The notes under the pieces are model-generated. The model was not told the origin of the DNA and did not search any database. It saw nothing but the letters and a program-made list of their open reading frames with translations. The position numbers and the translations under genes were made by a program. A stretch of 64,000 nucleotides of DNA from Chamaesiphon sp. (lineage in GTDB: Bacteria; Cyanobacteriota; Cyanobacteriia; Cyanobacteriales; Chamaesiphonaceae). The DNA lies in NCBI GenBank assembly GCA_965246715.1, contig CBDFFH010000052.1, forward strand, positions 1 through 64,000. The letters are read 5' to 3'. Shown one piece after another: positions 42,624 through 52,270 of this stretch; positions within the stretch are counted from its first letter, which is position 1; every line of letters starts with the position of its first letter.

Positions 42624-43796
42624 GTGATGATCCATAGAACGGCGCAATTTGTAATCAAAACATCCAAGCAATGTAATTTGCGTTGTCAGTATTGCTATGA
42701 GTTTAACGAGCTGCACAAAACTGATGTAATGACGATGGCGCAGATCGAGTCACTATATCGTCATATCGAGAGTTATTATCGATCGCTAGAGCATTTTACA
42801 GATATTCATTTTATTTGGCACGGTGGCGAACCATTACTGCTGCCACCGAGATTTTATTGGGAAGCATTAGACTTACAATCACAGATTTTTACTGGCGATA
42901 ATTATCAAGTTACTAATGGCGTTCAAACCAATCTCACCGTCTTGGATGACGAACGATTGTTGTTATTATCTGAAGGATTCGATCGAGTGGGTGTCTCGAT
43001 CGATATCATGGGAGACTTACGAACTTATGAAAATGGTCGCGATTCGCAAGCTCGAGTATTGGCAAATATCGATCGCTTGCGAGCAGAGAAAATCGAATTT
43101 GGTTGTATTACCGTTCTCAATCGTAAAAACATCGAAAATATCGAGCAAATCTATCAATTTTATCGGGAATTAGACTTAGCAGCTAGATTGCTACCTCTCC
43201 ATCAAACTGAAAATGTCACTCAAAATGATGGTATTGAAATCGATCCATACAGCGTATTAAAAGCTTTTCAAACTATCTTCGATCTGTGGTTGCAAGACGA
43301 TCGACTTACCTGGATTACCCCAGTCCTAGAAATGGTCAGATCGGTACTAGATTTTTACGATCCGCAAGCTGCTTGTCAATTTTATGATAAACGCGAATGG
43401 GAAGCAATTAATTTAGTGAATATTACTGGCGATATGTATGGGTATGCCGATGCCTATCAGATCGATCGCAGTTATGGTAATTTATTTACTACGCCATTAG
43501 CTGAGTTATTTGCTAGTCCCCAGCACGAACGATCGATCTTAGCAGCCGAACAGAGATTGGAGCAAACATGCGTCGATTGTAAGTTTTTTGGAGCGTGTAG
43601 CGGTTATCCAATTGCTGAAGATGGTTATGAATATCACGAATTAGATGAGAATGGCGCGATTCGTTGTATCGTCCAAAAAGGCATGTTGCAATATATTGAA
43701 TATCGACTCTTGGAAGAAGGCATTATCGAGCGCGGGGCAATTAATTTGGAGCGGTTGAAAAATATCGATACCAACCGGGAGATCGCGCATGTCTAG
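42624..43796 (+). CDS. Radical SAM enzyme with SPASM-like C-terminus (anSME/peptide-maturase type)
   Basis: KTSKQCNLRCQYCY, WHGGEP, QTNLT, GVSID, C-terminal CVDCKFFGAC..C. Confidence 0.92.
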   Translation: MMIHRTAQFVIKTSKQCNLRCQYCYEFNELHKTDVMTMAQIESLYRHIESYYRSLEHFTDIHFIWHGGEPLLLPPRFYWEALDLQSQIFTGDNYQVTNGVQTNLTVLDDERLLLLSEGFDRVGVSIDIMGDLRTYENGRDSQARVLANIDRLRAEKIEFGCITVLNRKNIENIEQIYQFYRELDLAARLLPLHQTENVTQNDGIEIDPYSVLKAFQTIFDLWLQDDRLTWITPVLEMVRSVLDFYDPQAACQFYDKREWEAINLVNITGDMYGYADAYQIDRSYGNLFTTPLAELFASPQHERSILAAEQRLEQTCVDCKFFGACSGYPIAEDGYEYHELDENGAIRCIVQKGMLQYIEYRLLEEGIIERGAINLERLKNIDTNREIAHV

Positions 43797-44658
43797 TTTA
43801 GTTTCAATTAGTAATCGCCTAAAATCGGGTGTCAAAATATCGATCGATGAGAATTTAGCAATAGTCGATCGATTCAGCTTGAGCGATGGGGTAATTGAGA
43901 TCGAACCCGATCTATATCCACAATATTCTCATCCAGCATTTATTCCCCAACTACCCTGGCGACAGCCAACAGCATTAGAAATTGACAGCTTAATTACTGC
44001 TGTAAATCGCGAAAATTGTAGCGAAACGATCTCGATTGTCAAATTTCCCGAATCAACGATTGCGAATATTCGCAATCTGATTACCTGGGGAGAAAAAGAA
44101 TATGGCGAAGCTGTTACAGCCGCCGAAATCATCGCCCATCCTGAGTATGAATCGGCTCGATCTCCAATTCAGCAATATATCGTCGAAAAATATGCACTCG
44201 CACCCGATCTCGATTGTCGCGAATTGATTCGCTGTAATGTGGATTTACCTACTTCTACTATCAACGCGATCGAGTTTTTACCAGCTAGATTATTTGCCGG
44301 ATTACATTTAGATAGCTGGGACTATTTACCCTTCCGCCGTCGCCATCTCGCTCGAAATCGAGTCTGCATCAATCTCGGTTGTGAAGTCCGGTATTTCTTA
44401 CTGATTAATCTCACGCTCGAGCAAATTTTTGAAACGCTCGATCTTGTCGATCCTGATGATGTGTATCGTGATTATCGCGGTGTTAGATTGCCAAATAAAT
44501 TTATGTCCGCTTTCCCAGATTATCCAGTGGTGAGGTTAGCGATTCATCCTGGTGAAGCGTATATCGCTCCGACAGAAAATTTTATTCATGATGCTACTAG
44601 CATTGATAAAACAGTTCCCGATTGGAACATAACTTTTTTAGGGAATTTTAAAATGTAG
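43789..44658 (+). CDS. Uncharacterised protein with HxD...H motif, possibly an Fe(II)-dependent oxygenase
   Basis: GLHLDSWD, NRVCINLG, PGEAYIAPTENFIHDA; overlaps the radical SAM stop by 8 nt. Confidence 0.7.
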   Translation: MSSLVSISNRLKSGVKISIDENLAIVDRFSLSDGVIEIEPDLYPQYSHPAFIPQLPWRQPTALEIDSLITAVNRENCSETISIVKFPESTIANIRNLITWGEKEYGEAVTAAEIIAHPEYESARSPIQQYIVEKYALAPDLDCRELIRCNVDLPTSTINAIEFLPARLFAGLHLDSWDYLPFRRRHLARNRVCINLGCEVRYFLLINLTLEQIFETLDLVDPDDVYRDYRGVRLPNKFMSAFPDYPVVRLAIHPGEAYIAPTENFIHDATSIDKTVPDWNITFLGNFKM

Positions 44659-44833
44659 CACTCAACCAGCGGCGATCGAAATTGGAGCGTAGATATTTGA
44701 GTGTCGCACGCAAAAAAAATGCGCTGAGCTTGTTATAAAAGTTATCGATCGAGCCAATCGGATTGGTTCCGACCGAGCACGGCGAACGCTAAAATAGATA
44801 ACTATATGTAAAAATGCTTTAGATCGAATTACT

Positions 44834-45355
44834 ATGCCGAGAACCCAGAAGAACGATAACTTCATCGATAAGAGCTTTACCGTCATGGCAGACATGATCC
44901 TCAAGATCATGCCTACCAACAAGCGTGCCAAAGAAGCTTTCGTCTACTATCGCGATGGGATGTCCGCTCAAGCCGATGGTGAGTACGCCGAAGCACTAGA
45001 CAATTACGAAGAAGCGCTCCGCCTCGAAGAAAATGACTACGACAAAAGCTACATTCTCTACAATATGGGCTTGATTCATGCCAGTAATGGCGAACACAGT
45101 CGGGCCTTAGATTTATACACCCAAGCCGTCGAACTCAATTCTCGCCTCTGTCAAGCCTTGAATAATATTGCGGTCATCTACCACTACCAAGGCGAAAAAG
45201 CCGCTGAGGAAGGTGATATGACGGCTAGTGAAGCATTATTAGGTAAGGCTGCTGAATACTGGATTCAAGCAATTAAAATTGCACCCAACAACTATATCGA
45301 AGCGCAAAACTGGCTGAAGACTACTGGTCGATCGCAAATAGATATATATTTTTAG
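44834..45355 (+). CDS. ycf3: Photosystem I assembly protein Ycf3
   Basis: [34 protein letters not shown]. Confidence 0.98.
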   Translation: MPRTQKNDNFIDKSFTVMADMILKIMPTNKRAKEAFVYYRDGMSAQADGEYAEALDNYEEALRLEENDYDKSYILYNMGLIHASNGEHSRALDLYTQAVELNSRLCQALNNIAVIYHYQGEKAAEEGDMTASEALLGKAAEYWIQAIKIAPNNYIEAQNWLKTTGRSQIDIYF

Positions 45356-45487
45356 TGAATAGTGAACAGTGAATAGTAAATTCCCCTCCGAGGAGGGGTG
45401 CCGCGTAGCGGTGGGGTGGGTACGATCTCCGCACCTCACTGATTTCTCCAATCTCCCCAATCTCCCGTCCCCTCTACCCATCAACTT

Positions 45488-45772
45488 ATGCTCGATCGCG
45501 AACAAGTCCATAAAGTAGCGCTACTGGCTCGATTAGAATTGACTCCAGATGAAGAAGAAAAATATGCAGTGCAGATGAGTAGCATCCTCGACTACTTCGA
45601 GCAACTGAGCGAACTCGATACCGATGGTGTCGAACCGACGACTCGCGCGATCGATCTTAGCAATATTACTCGCATCGACGAGCAATCTTCCTACCAGAAT
45701 TTGGCCGGAATTTTTGAAGCGGCACCCGATCGAGAAGAAGACTTCTTCAAAGTACCAAAAATTATGGCTTAG
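45488..45772 (+). CDS. gatC: Asp/Glu-tRNA amidotransferase subunit C
   Basis: VHKVALLARL, LSELDTDGVEPT, FFKVPKI. Confidence 0.96.
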   Translation: MLDREQVHKVALLARLELTPDEEEKYAVQMSSILDYFEQLSELDTDGVEPTTRAIDLSNITRIDEQSSYQNLAGIFEAAPDREEDFFKVPKIMA

Positions 45773-45828
45773 CTAAATTCTAGAGCTGTAGATGGTGGCT
45801 TTCGGTTGCACAAGTCAATCACGAATGC

Positions 45829-45859
45829 AATCCAAAATCCAAAATCCAAAATCCAAAAT
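45829..45859. repeat. Short tandem heptamer repeat (STRR-like)
   Basis: (AATCCAA)x4. Confidence 0.8.
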
Positions 45860-45897
45860 TAATTATCAAGCACCTTTAAGTATCAAGAGAAAATACC

Positions 45898-46122
45898 GTG
45901 TCTCACTCGATCGTTACGAATATTTGTGAAGGTGTAGCCGACTGCGTTGCAGCTTGTCCCGTAGCCTGCATCGCTCAAGCTCCAGGTAAAAATACTAAAG
46001 GTACCGATTGGTATTGGATCGATTTTAATACCTGTATCGATTGTGGGATCTGCCTGGTAGTTTGCCCCGTTGAAGGTGCGATCGTTCCTGAAGAACGCCC
46101 TGATTTACAACTTCAGACTTAA
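45898..46122 (+). CDS. Bacterial-type dicluster ferredoxin
   Basis: CEGVADCVAACP and CIDCGICLVVCP. Confidence 0.92.
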   Translation: MSHSIVTNICEGVADCVAACPVACIAQAPGKNTKGTDWYWIDFNTCIDCGICLVVCPVEGAIVPEERPDLQLQT

Positions 46123-46138
46123 CCCAAACTCACGTTAA

Positions 46139-46786
46139 CTATTTCTGGACTTTGGCACGAAATAATAATTTATCACCTTGTTGGTAACCGATATATCTCA
46201 CCGTCACTAATTCGCCAGGACTTATACTATCTTCAATCGATTGATGATACTGCGGATCGTAGGGTATTTCGTCACCAACCGAGCCGATTGTAGTGACTCC
46301 CCACTGGGCAATTAGTCGATCGATCGATCCGACTAATGGCAATAGTTTAGTCGCTGGAAAACTGGGATTAGTTATCGCCGCATGTTTGGCAGTCGGGAAA
46401 TAAGTAAGAAAAGATTCTAAAACTTGCAAACTTTGGTATTGAAACTCTGTAAATAGGGTTTCTTTTTGTTGCTGTAATTGCTGTTGGAGACGAGCGTACT
46501 CTTGCTTGAGCGTGGCTATTTCTCGATCGGTAGATGCGATCGATCTATCACCAAATATCTCGATTAATTCGATCGCGGATATCTGTAAACTGTTGCTAAT
46601 ATTTAGAATTGTCTGCCAGCGAAGCGTTCCCAGTTCGCCAGCCCGAATTTTATTAATCATATGTGCCGAAGTTCCTGCCGATCGATATAATTCTTTGAAA
46701 CTATTAATACCTGCTGTTTGCATTAATTGTTGTAGTTCGATCGTGCGATTTGCCTTACTAGCTACTTCATTAGTTGGATTATTCAT
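46139..46786 (-). CDS. XRE-type HTH protein with coiled coil and GrpE-like C-terminus
   Basis: LQQLMQTAGINSFKEL HTH; YDPQYHQ..VTVRYIGY..LLFRAKV. Confidence 0.7.
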   Translation of the reverse strand: MNNPTNEVASKANRTIELQQLMQTAGINSFKELYRSAGTSAHMINKIRAGELGTLRWQTILNISNSLQISAIELIEIFGDRSIASTDREIATLKQEYARLQQQLQQQKETLFTEFQYQSLQVLESFLTYFPTAKHAAITNPSFPATKLLPLVGSIDRLIAQWGVTTIGSVGDEIPYDPQYHQSIEDSISPGELVTVRYIGYQQGDKLLFRAKVQK

Positions 46787-46837
46787 ATCGCATCAAAACG
46801 AAAGGTGGGCATTGCCCACCCCCACAGCTAGTTTGAT

Positions 46838-47353
46838 TTATTTGTCTAGGAGACTCCGTAGCATCCAGGCGGTTTTTTCGTGCATTTGTAGCCGTTGAGT
46901 GAGTAGATCTGCTGTTGGTTCGTCGCTAGCTTTTTCCGCAGCCACATAGATCGATCGAGCCGTGCGACATACTGCTTCTTGTCCTTCCACCAAAAGTTTA
47001 ATCATCTCCTCAGCTTTAGGAACGCTAGTGGTTTCGGGAATCGAACTCAATTTAGCATATTCGGTATAACTTCCAGGTGCCGGAAACCCCAAAGCACGAA
47101 TCCGCTCGGCAATCAAATCTACCGCTAGAGCCAGTTCGGTATACTGGGTTTCAAACATCAAATGGAGCGTTTGAAACATTGGCCCGGTCACGTTCCAATG
47201 AAAGTAGTGGGTTTTTAGATACAAAGTATAAGTATCTGCCAACAGCCGCGATAAGCCAGCTGCAATTTCCGCACGAGTGCCTTCTTCGATTCCAATGTTT
47301 ATTTGCATCATAGTCGTTTGTACTCCTACTTCAAGACTAGCCGATTTTGGCAC
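46838..47353 (-). CDS. dps: Dps-family DNA protection protein (start may be ATG 47311 or 47308)
   Basis: [33 protein letters not shown]. Confidence 0.95.
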   Translation of the reverse strand: MPKSASLEVGVQTTMMQINIGIEEGTRAEIAAGLSRLLADTYTLYLKTHYFHWNVTGPMFQTLHLMFETQYTELALAVDLIAERIRALGFPAPGSYTEYAKLSSIPETTSVPKAEEMIKLLVEGQEAVCRTARSIYVAAEKASDEPTADLLTQRLQMHEKTAWMLRSLLDK

Positions 47354-47493
47354 ACCTCATACATTTTAACGATTATGCGTGCGATCGGTGCGGTTCGAGT
47401 CGATCGAGGTATGCGATCGAAATCATCATCGATCGTCATCATCTAAAAAGATCGATTCGATGGAAATTCGCTAGATATTTTTTGTTAAAACTA

Positions 47494-47564
47494 AGCGAGT
47501 GGTGGGAATCGAACCCACAACAACAGCTTGGAAGGCTGTAGTTTTACCACTAAACTACACTCGC
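47494..47564 (-). tRNA. tRNA-Gly(TCC)
   Basis: GCGAGTGTAGTTTAGTGGTAAAACTACAGCCTTCCAAGCTGTTGTTGTGGGTTCGATTCCCACCACTCGCT folds as a cloverleaf; CCA not encoded. Confidence 0.96.
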
Positions 47565-47683
47565 ATCGGCACGGACTGAATTTGCCGCTCAAACATATTA
47601 GCATAACCAGGGCGATTTGCAACCTGGTGGCAGTTGGGTCGATCGAGTGAAGCACCCAATCCCCAACTGCAGATCTCCATCTG

Positions 47684-48511
47684 CTACTCCTTAGCAGTTC
47701 CAGCTTCAACCAACTTGACTTTAGTAGCCAAACCCAGAAATTGGAGTACCTGAATCGTGATCCAAGTGATATCGAGTTCCCACCATTTCATCCCATGACG
47801 AGCCGAGTACTGGTAAGCATGGTGGTTATTATGCCAGCCTTCGCCGTAGGTAGTCAGAGCAACCCACCAGCAATTGGTGGAATTATCAGTAGTTTCAAAG
47901 GTGCGATAGCCAAATTTGTGAGTCGCGCTGTTGACTAACCAAGTGCAATGATAGACAACAACTAACCGAGCAAATACGCCCCAGAACACAAACGACCAAC
48001 CGCCGATCGCATACAATATTACTCCCAACACCACTTGGAGGGGGAAAAAGTAATTATTCAGAAATTGGTAAAAGCGATCGTCGGCAATATCCTTGGTAAA
48101 GCGGGGAATATCGCTTTCTGCGGGGATCTCAAAACACATCCAGCGGACGTGACTCCACAAGAAACCTTTTTTGGAATCATGATGATCCACATCTTCATCT
48201 GAGTGCAAATGATGGTGACGGTGTAAGCCGACCCACCAAATAATGCCGCCTTGTAAGGCTAAAGTGCCACACAAAGCAAAGAAATATTCCAGCCACTTGG
48301 GGACTTGAAAGCTGCGGTGGGACAGCAGACGGTGCCAGCCGAGAGTAATACCCAATCCACCTGTAATCCAGTGCAAAAGTAGTGCGACCCCTACCCCTTG
48401 CCAGCTAAATATCCCTGGCAAAAATGCACATACCGCGCCAATGTGAAAGATTACGAGCGCGATAATCATCGTCCAATCGAGACGCAGCTTTGTTGATGCG
48501 ACAACAGTCAT
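47684..48511 (-). CDS. desC: Delta-9 acyl-lipid desaturase
   Basis: His boxes HRLLSH, HRHHH and WHNNHH. Confidence 0.92.
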   Translation of the reverse strand: MTVVASTKLRLDWTMIIALVIFHIGAVCAFLPGIFSWQGVGVALLLHWITGGLGITLGWHRLLSHRSFQVPKWLEYFFALCGTLALQGGIIWWVGLHRHHHLHSDEDVDHHDSKKGFLWSHVRWMCFEIPAESDIPRFTKDIADDRFYQFLNNYFFPLQVVLGVILYAIGGWSFVFWGVFARLVVVYHCTWLVNSATHKFGYRTFETTDNSTNCWWVALTTYGEGWHNNHHAYQYSARHGMKWWELDITWITIQVLQFLGLATKVKLVEAGTAKE

Positions 48512-48593
48512 TGAGATAACCTATGAAGAGTTTTAAGAATATGCCCGATCTGCGTACGGACTCATACAGGCAAATAATTTACCCCATCGAATC

Positions 48594-49832
48594 ATGAACG
48601 GCAAGTTACTCATTCCGGCGGCAGAAAAGGCACTATCACTGATTTTTAATGGTATTGACGGTCAAGTCAAGGGTAACATCCGACGAATTTTGGAAATTTA
48701 TCGTCGTCATCGGGTCGGTGTGAGGCATTTTGCCAGCGTCAGCGGCTACGGACACGACGATTTGGGACGCGAAACGATGGACAAAGTTTTTGCGGAGATC
48801 GTCGGTGCGGAAGCGGCAGCCGTGCGGGTGCAATTTGTCTCTGGCACCCATGCGATCGCCTGCGCTCTATTTGGCGTACTTCGGCCTGGAGATGAGATGT
48901 TATCGGTTGCTGGTGCGCCTTACGATACGTTGGAGGAAGTCATCGGGACGCGGGGATCGGGGCAGGGATCGCTCAAGGAATTCGGGATCGCTTACTGCGA
49001 ATTAGCCCTGCTGAGCGATGGGGGGATTGATTGGGATACTTTGAGTCATTCGATACAGAATAATACCCGTCTCGTCCTGATTCAGCGTTCCTGCGGCTAT
49101 GCTTGGCGATCGTCTCTATCGATTGCTGACATCGAGCGCATCATCGAGATCGTCAAGCGCCAAAATCCCAATACCGTCTGTTTTGTCGATAACTGCTATG
49201 GCGAATTTATCGAGGATCGCGAACCCCCTGCGGTGGGTGCGGATCTGATCGCCGGATCGCTGATCAAAAACCCTGGTGGAACGATCGTTACTGGTGGCGG
49301 CTATATTGCTGGGAGAGCTGATTTAGTTGAGGCTGCGGCTTGTCGGTTGACAGCACCAGGGATCGGTTCGTCTGGCGGTGCGACTTACGACCAAAATCGG
49401 TTGTTATTTCAAGGCTTATTTCTGGCTCCCCAGATGGTAGGGGAGGCGATGAAAGGCAATCATTTGACGGCTTATGTCTTCGACAAGCTGGGTTATGAGG
49501 TCAATCCGTTACCATTTGCCCCGCGTCGCGATGTAATTCAGGCGATTAAATTTGGTTCGCGGGAGAAGATTATTGCTTTTTGTCGATCGATCCAACAAAA
49601 TTCACCGATCGATGCCTATGTCGATCCGGTGCCTGGCAATTTACACGGCTATGAAAGCGAGCTGATTATGGCTGGCGGGACGTTTATCGATGGCAGTACG
49701 TCTGAATTTTCAGCAGATGGCCCGTTACGCGAACCGTATACAGCCTTTTGTCAGGGGGGAACGCATTGGACGCATGTAGCGATCGCGTTAGAAGCTGCGG
49801 TGGGTGCGATAGAGTTATTGGATAAAAAATAA
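48594..49832 (+). CDS. Methionine gamma-lyase-like ('aluminium resistance') PLP protein
   Basis: VSGTHAI, IQRSCGY, VDNCYGE, GSLIKNPGG. Confidence 0.9.
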   Translation: MNGKLLIPAAEKALSLIFNGIDGQVKGNIRRILEIYRRHRVGVRHFASVSGYGHDDLGRETMDKVFAEIVGAEAAAVRVQFVSGTHAIACALFGVLRPGDEMLSVAGAPYDTLEEVIGTRGSGQGSLKEFGIAYCELALLSDGGIDWDTLSHSIQNNTRLVLIQRSCGYAWRSSLSIADIERIIEIVKRQNPNTVCFVDNCYGEFIEDREPPAVGADLIAGSLIKNPGGTIVTGGGYIAGRADLVEAAACRLTAPGIGSSGGATYDQNRLLFQGLFLAPQMVGEAMKGNHLTAYVFDKLGYEVNPLPFAPRRDVIQAIKFGSREKIIAFCRSIQQNSPIDAYVDPVPGNLHGYESELIMAGGTFIDGSTSEFSADGPLREPYTAFCQGGTHWTHVAIALEAAVGAIELLDKK

Positions 49833-49925
49833 TCAAAAGGGGGTGAGCAAGATGCTTGTCCCCACAGTTAAATCTTCTGTTCCGATCGCACAGATTAGAA
49901 GTTAATTTTGTCTATCCACTAGCCA

Positions 49926-50366
49926 CTACATCGTAGGAGGTAGCTCGGAAGTACAATGAGCGCATTTGCTAGCAGAAATCGGAATTGTCGATAGGCAATA
50001 CGGACATTCTTTCGTGTCTGCTGCGTCTAGTTTTTCTTCTTTTCTCTTGAATTTTGCCATCGCTCTAACCATTAAGAAGATGACAAAAGCAATGACTACA
50101 AATGTGATGATGTTGGACAGAAACAACCCTAATTTAATAGGACTATCAGGAGGCCAATTTTCTAAATTTTTTACGCCACTAGCTGTAAGAACGGGAGAGA
50201 GCAGACCTGGAGTAATTACATCCTTGATGAGTGAATCAACCACTTTACCAAATGCACTACCTACAATTACGGCTACTGCCAAGTCAAAAATATTACCTTT
50301 GACGACAAAGTCTTGAAAGTCCTTAATAAATCCGGTGGCTGCTGCTCTAGAAGATCTCATTGTCAT
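49926..50366 (-). CDS. mscL: Large-conductance mechanosensitive channel with C-terminal zinc ribbon
   Basis: FQDFVVKGNIFDLAVAVIVGSAF; CPYC..CAHC tail. Confidence 0.92.
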   Translation of the reverse strand: MTMRSSRAAATGFIKDFQDFVVKGNIFDLAVAVIVGSAFGKVVDSLIKDVITPGLLSPVLTASGVKNLENWPPDSPIKLGLFLSNIITFVVIAFVIFLMVRAMAKFKRKEEKLDAADTKECPYCLSTIPISASKCAHCTSELPPTM

Positions 50367-50669
50367 AAATTTAGATTTTTTCTATTTGTATATTTAATCG
50401 ATCGGTAGTCGAAAACATCATGATTATAGATCGACTCTTCCGATCGTCAATCGGTATCCAGCTCCGAACGTTACAAATATTACCAGTACAAATTGCAATC
50501 TGACTGTTACTTGTTAGCTGGAAGCTTGTTATTGGATTAAATATGAATAAATAATGAAAATATGTTTTCTTTCGTGACGATTAGTAAGAAAAACAGTTAG
50601 TCTTAATCTACCTAGTTTTTTGAGATCGTGATGTGCTGCCTTTTAGTGTTTCTTAATAAGAGATAATTA

Positions 50670-52088
50670 CTACTTAAGATGCATTAGAATGTAAATCAGG
50701 AAGACGATCGCGAGTCCGAGCGCAGCAGACAAGATCCACAACCAGGTTAAAATTTTTCGGCGATCGCCACCGCGTTCTTTGCGATCGTCAGATAGCTCAC
50801 TCCAGTCAGCCATCAGTTCATAAAACTGCAAATCGAAGTAATCTAGCTGTTGTTCGCTCGATCGAGCGATGTCTTCGCGTACCGAGGCAAGTTCCGATTT
50901 GAGCGTCGCGATCGCTTCACGATCTAAGCTAAATTCTTTAGCAATATTAGTAAACTGAGATTGGATTGCCTCGGTTCGATCGATTGTTTGAGCGGTTAGT
51001 TGGTAAAATCGATCGTTTTCTAAGTGCATGGATTCGGTAAGTTTCATAAATCCGCGCTCGATTTCTGCAATCCGACTGTGAAGAACTTGAGACTTTTCGG
51101 TGATTTGTGCGTGCATATCCGTAATTTGGACGCTCAAATCTTGCACTTGGGAGCACTTGAGACTTAGATCCACACTCATTCCGGCAATCTGCAAGCGATC
51201 GGTCGAAATAGTTTGCGACAGATCTTGAATTAATTTTTGGTATTGGCATAATTGCTGGACTGAATCATTACTTTGGGTGGTGACACGCTCCTGAATGGCG
51301 TGCAATGATTCATAAAAAGCCTCTTGTCCGGTACTGAGCCGATCGTGAGCCAGTATCAGCGCATGACGACTGGCTTCGAGTTCGGTTAATAGCGCGCGGA
51401 TCTCTCGATAATCGCCAAACTTTTCCAAGCCAGTAACTATATCTGCCCGAATCCCATCAGCTGCACCGATCAGTTCCTGAATTTTGCCGACCCGTTCCTT
51501 GGTGTAGTGCGCCAACTGTTGAGTGCGAACTTTCATGCGATTGACTTGGGTGGCATTTGCATCGACAGCATCGACTTGAGATTGATTGCGGTGATGGAGA
51601 GCTTGTAATTCGGCACGCGCAGTGACGAGTTGCTGGTGAATGTTATTTAGCTCTTGATAAAGTTGATTATTCGTCGCTATTTCGGTAGCTGCAGTTGCAT
51701 CAAGGGTCTCGGAAATCGAAAGTGACTCTTGTTGTCGTCGTCGCGCTTGGTTATGTTCTGGTAGCGTAGCTAAGCTAATGGGATTGACAATCTTTGGGGG
51801 ATGCGGGGTTGCCTGTTCTAACGATCTTATGAGCAAATCTAGTTCGGCAGTAACATCGAAGATCTCGCCAGTCGAGTCGATCTTAATCGATTGGACGATC
51901 GTTGGTGCTTTCATCTTTTGCGGTTTGGCGATCGGCAAATTTGTCGTGGTAGCTTCTGCTCCAAAATTGCTGCCGATACTTGGCTGCGGCACTGCAACAA
52001 TTGACTCGTTGGGAGTGGACGGGATCGATTCCAACTCGAGAATTTCTGAATGTGAGTCGTCCCGATCCAGCGAAGATGAATTAGTCAA
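50670..52088 (-). CDS. Long coiled-coil protein with C-terminal membrane anchor
   Basis: Low-complexity N-terminus, heptad-rich Q/E/L body, terminal hydrophobic helix. Confidence 0.7.
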   Translation of the reverse strand: MTNSSSLDRDDSHSEILELESIPSTPNESIVAVPQPSIGSNFGAEATTTNLPIAKPQKMKAPTIVQSIKIDSTGEIFDVTAELDLLIRSLEQATPHPPKIVNPISLATLPEHNQARRRQQESLSISETLDATAATEIATNNQLYQELNNIHQQLVTARAELQALHHRNQSQVDAVDANATQVNRMKVRTQQLAHYTKERVGKIQELIGAADGIRADIVTGLEKFGDYREIRALLTELEASRHALILAHDRLSTGQEAFYESLHAIQERVTTQSNDSVQQLCQYQKLIQDLSQTISTDRLQIAGMSVDLSLKCSQVQDLSVQITDMHAQITEKSQVLHSRIAEIERGFMKLTESMHLENDRFYQLTAQTIDRTEAIQSQFTNIAKEFSLDREAIATLKSELASVREDIARSSEQQLDYFDLQFYELMADWSELSDDRKERGGDRRKILTWLWILSAALGLAIVFLIYILMHLK

Positions 52089-52270
52089 GCAGCCTACCTC
52101 CTAAGATTTATTTGGCTCCGATCGCTGACTACTGTAGCAATGCCATTACTATGTCATAAATCTGTCAAATCGCTCTATATTATAGCCGCAGCACTCAGAC
52201 ATTCCAAACCGCCGTTATGCGGATCTCGGGCGTTAGTTTTAGCTGAATAGTGGCTGAGTGGCTGTTAAAT

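Noticed and set aside
47494..47564. tRNA-Gly as an integration site for an island
   Set aside because: No integrase nearby, no duplicated tRNA 3' end seen, and the flanks are housekeeping genes.
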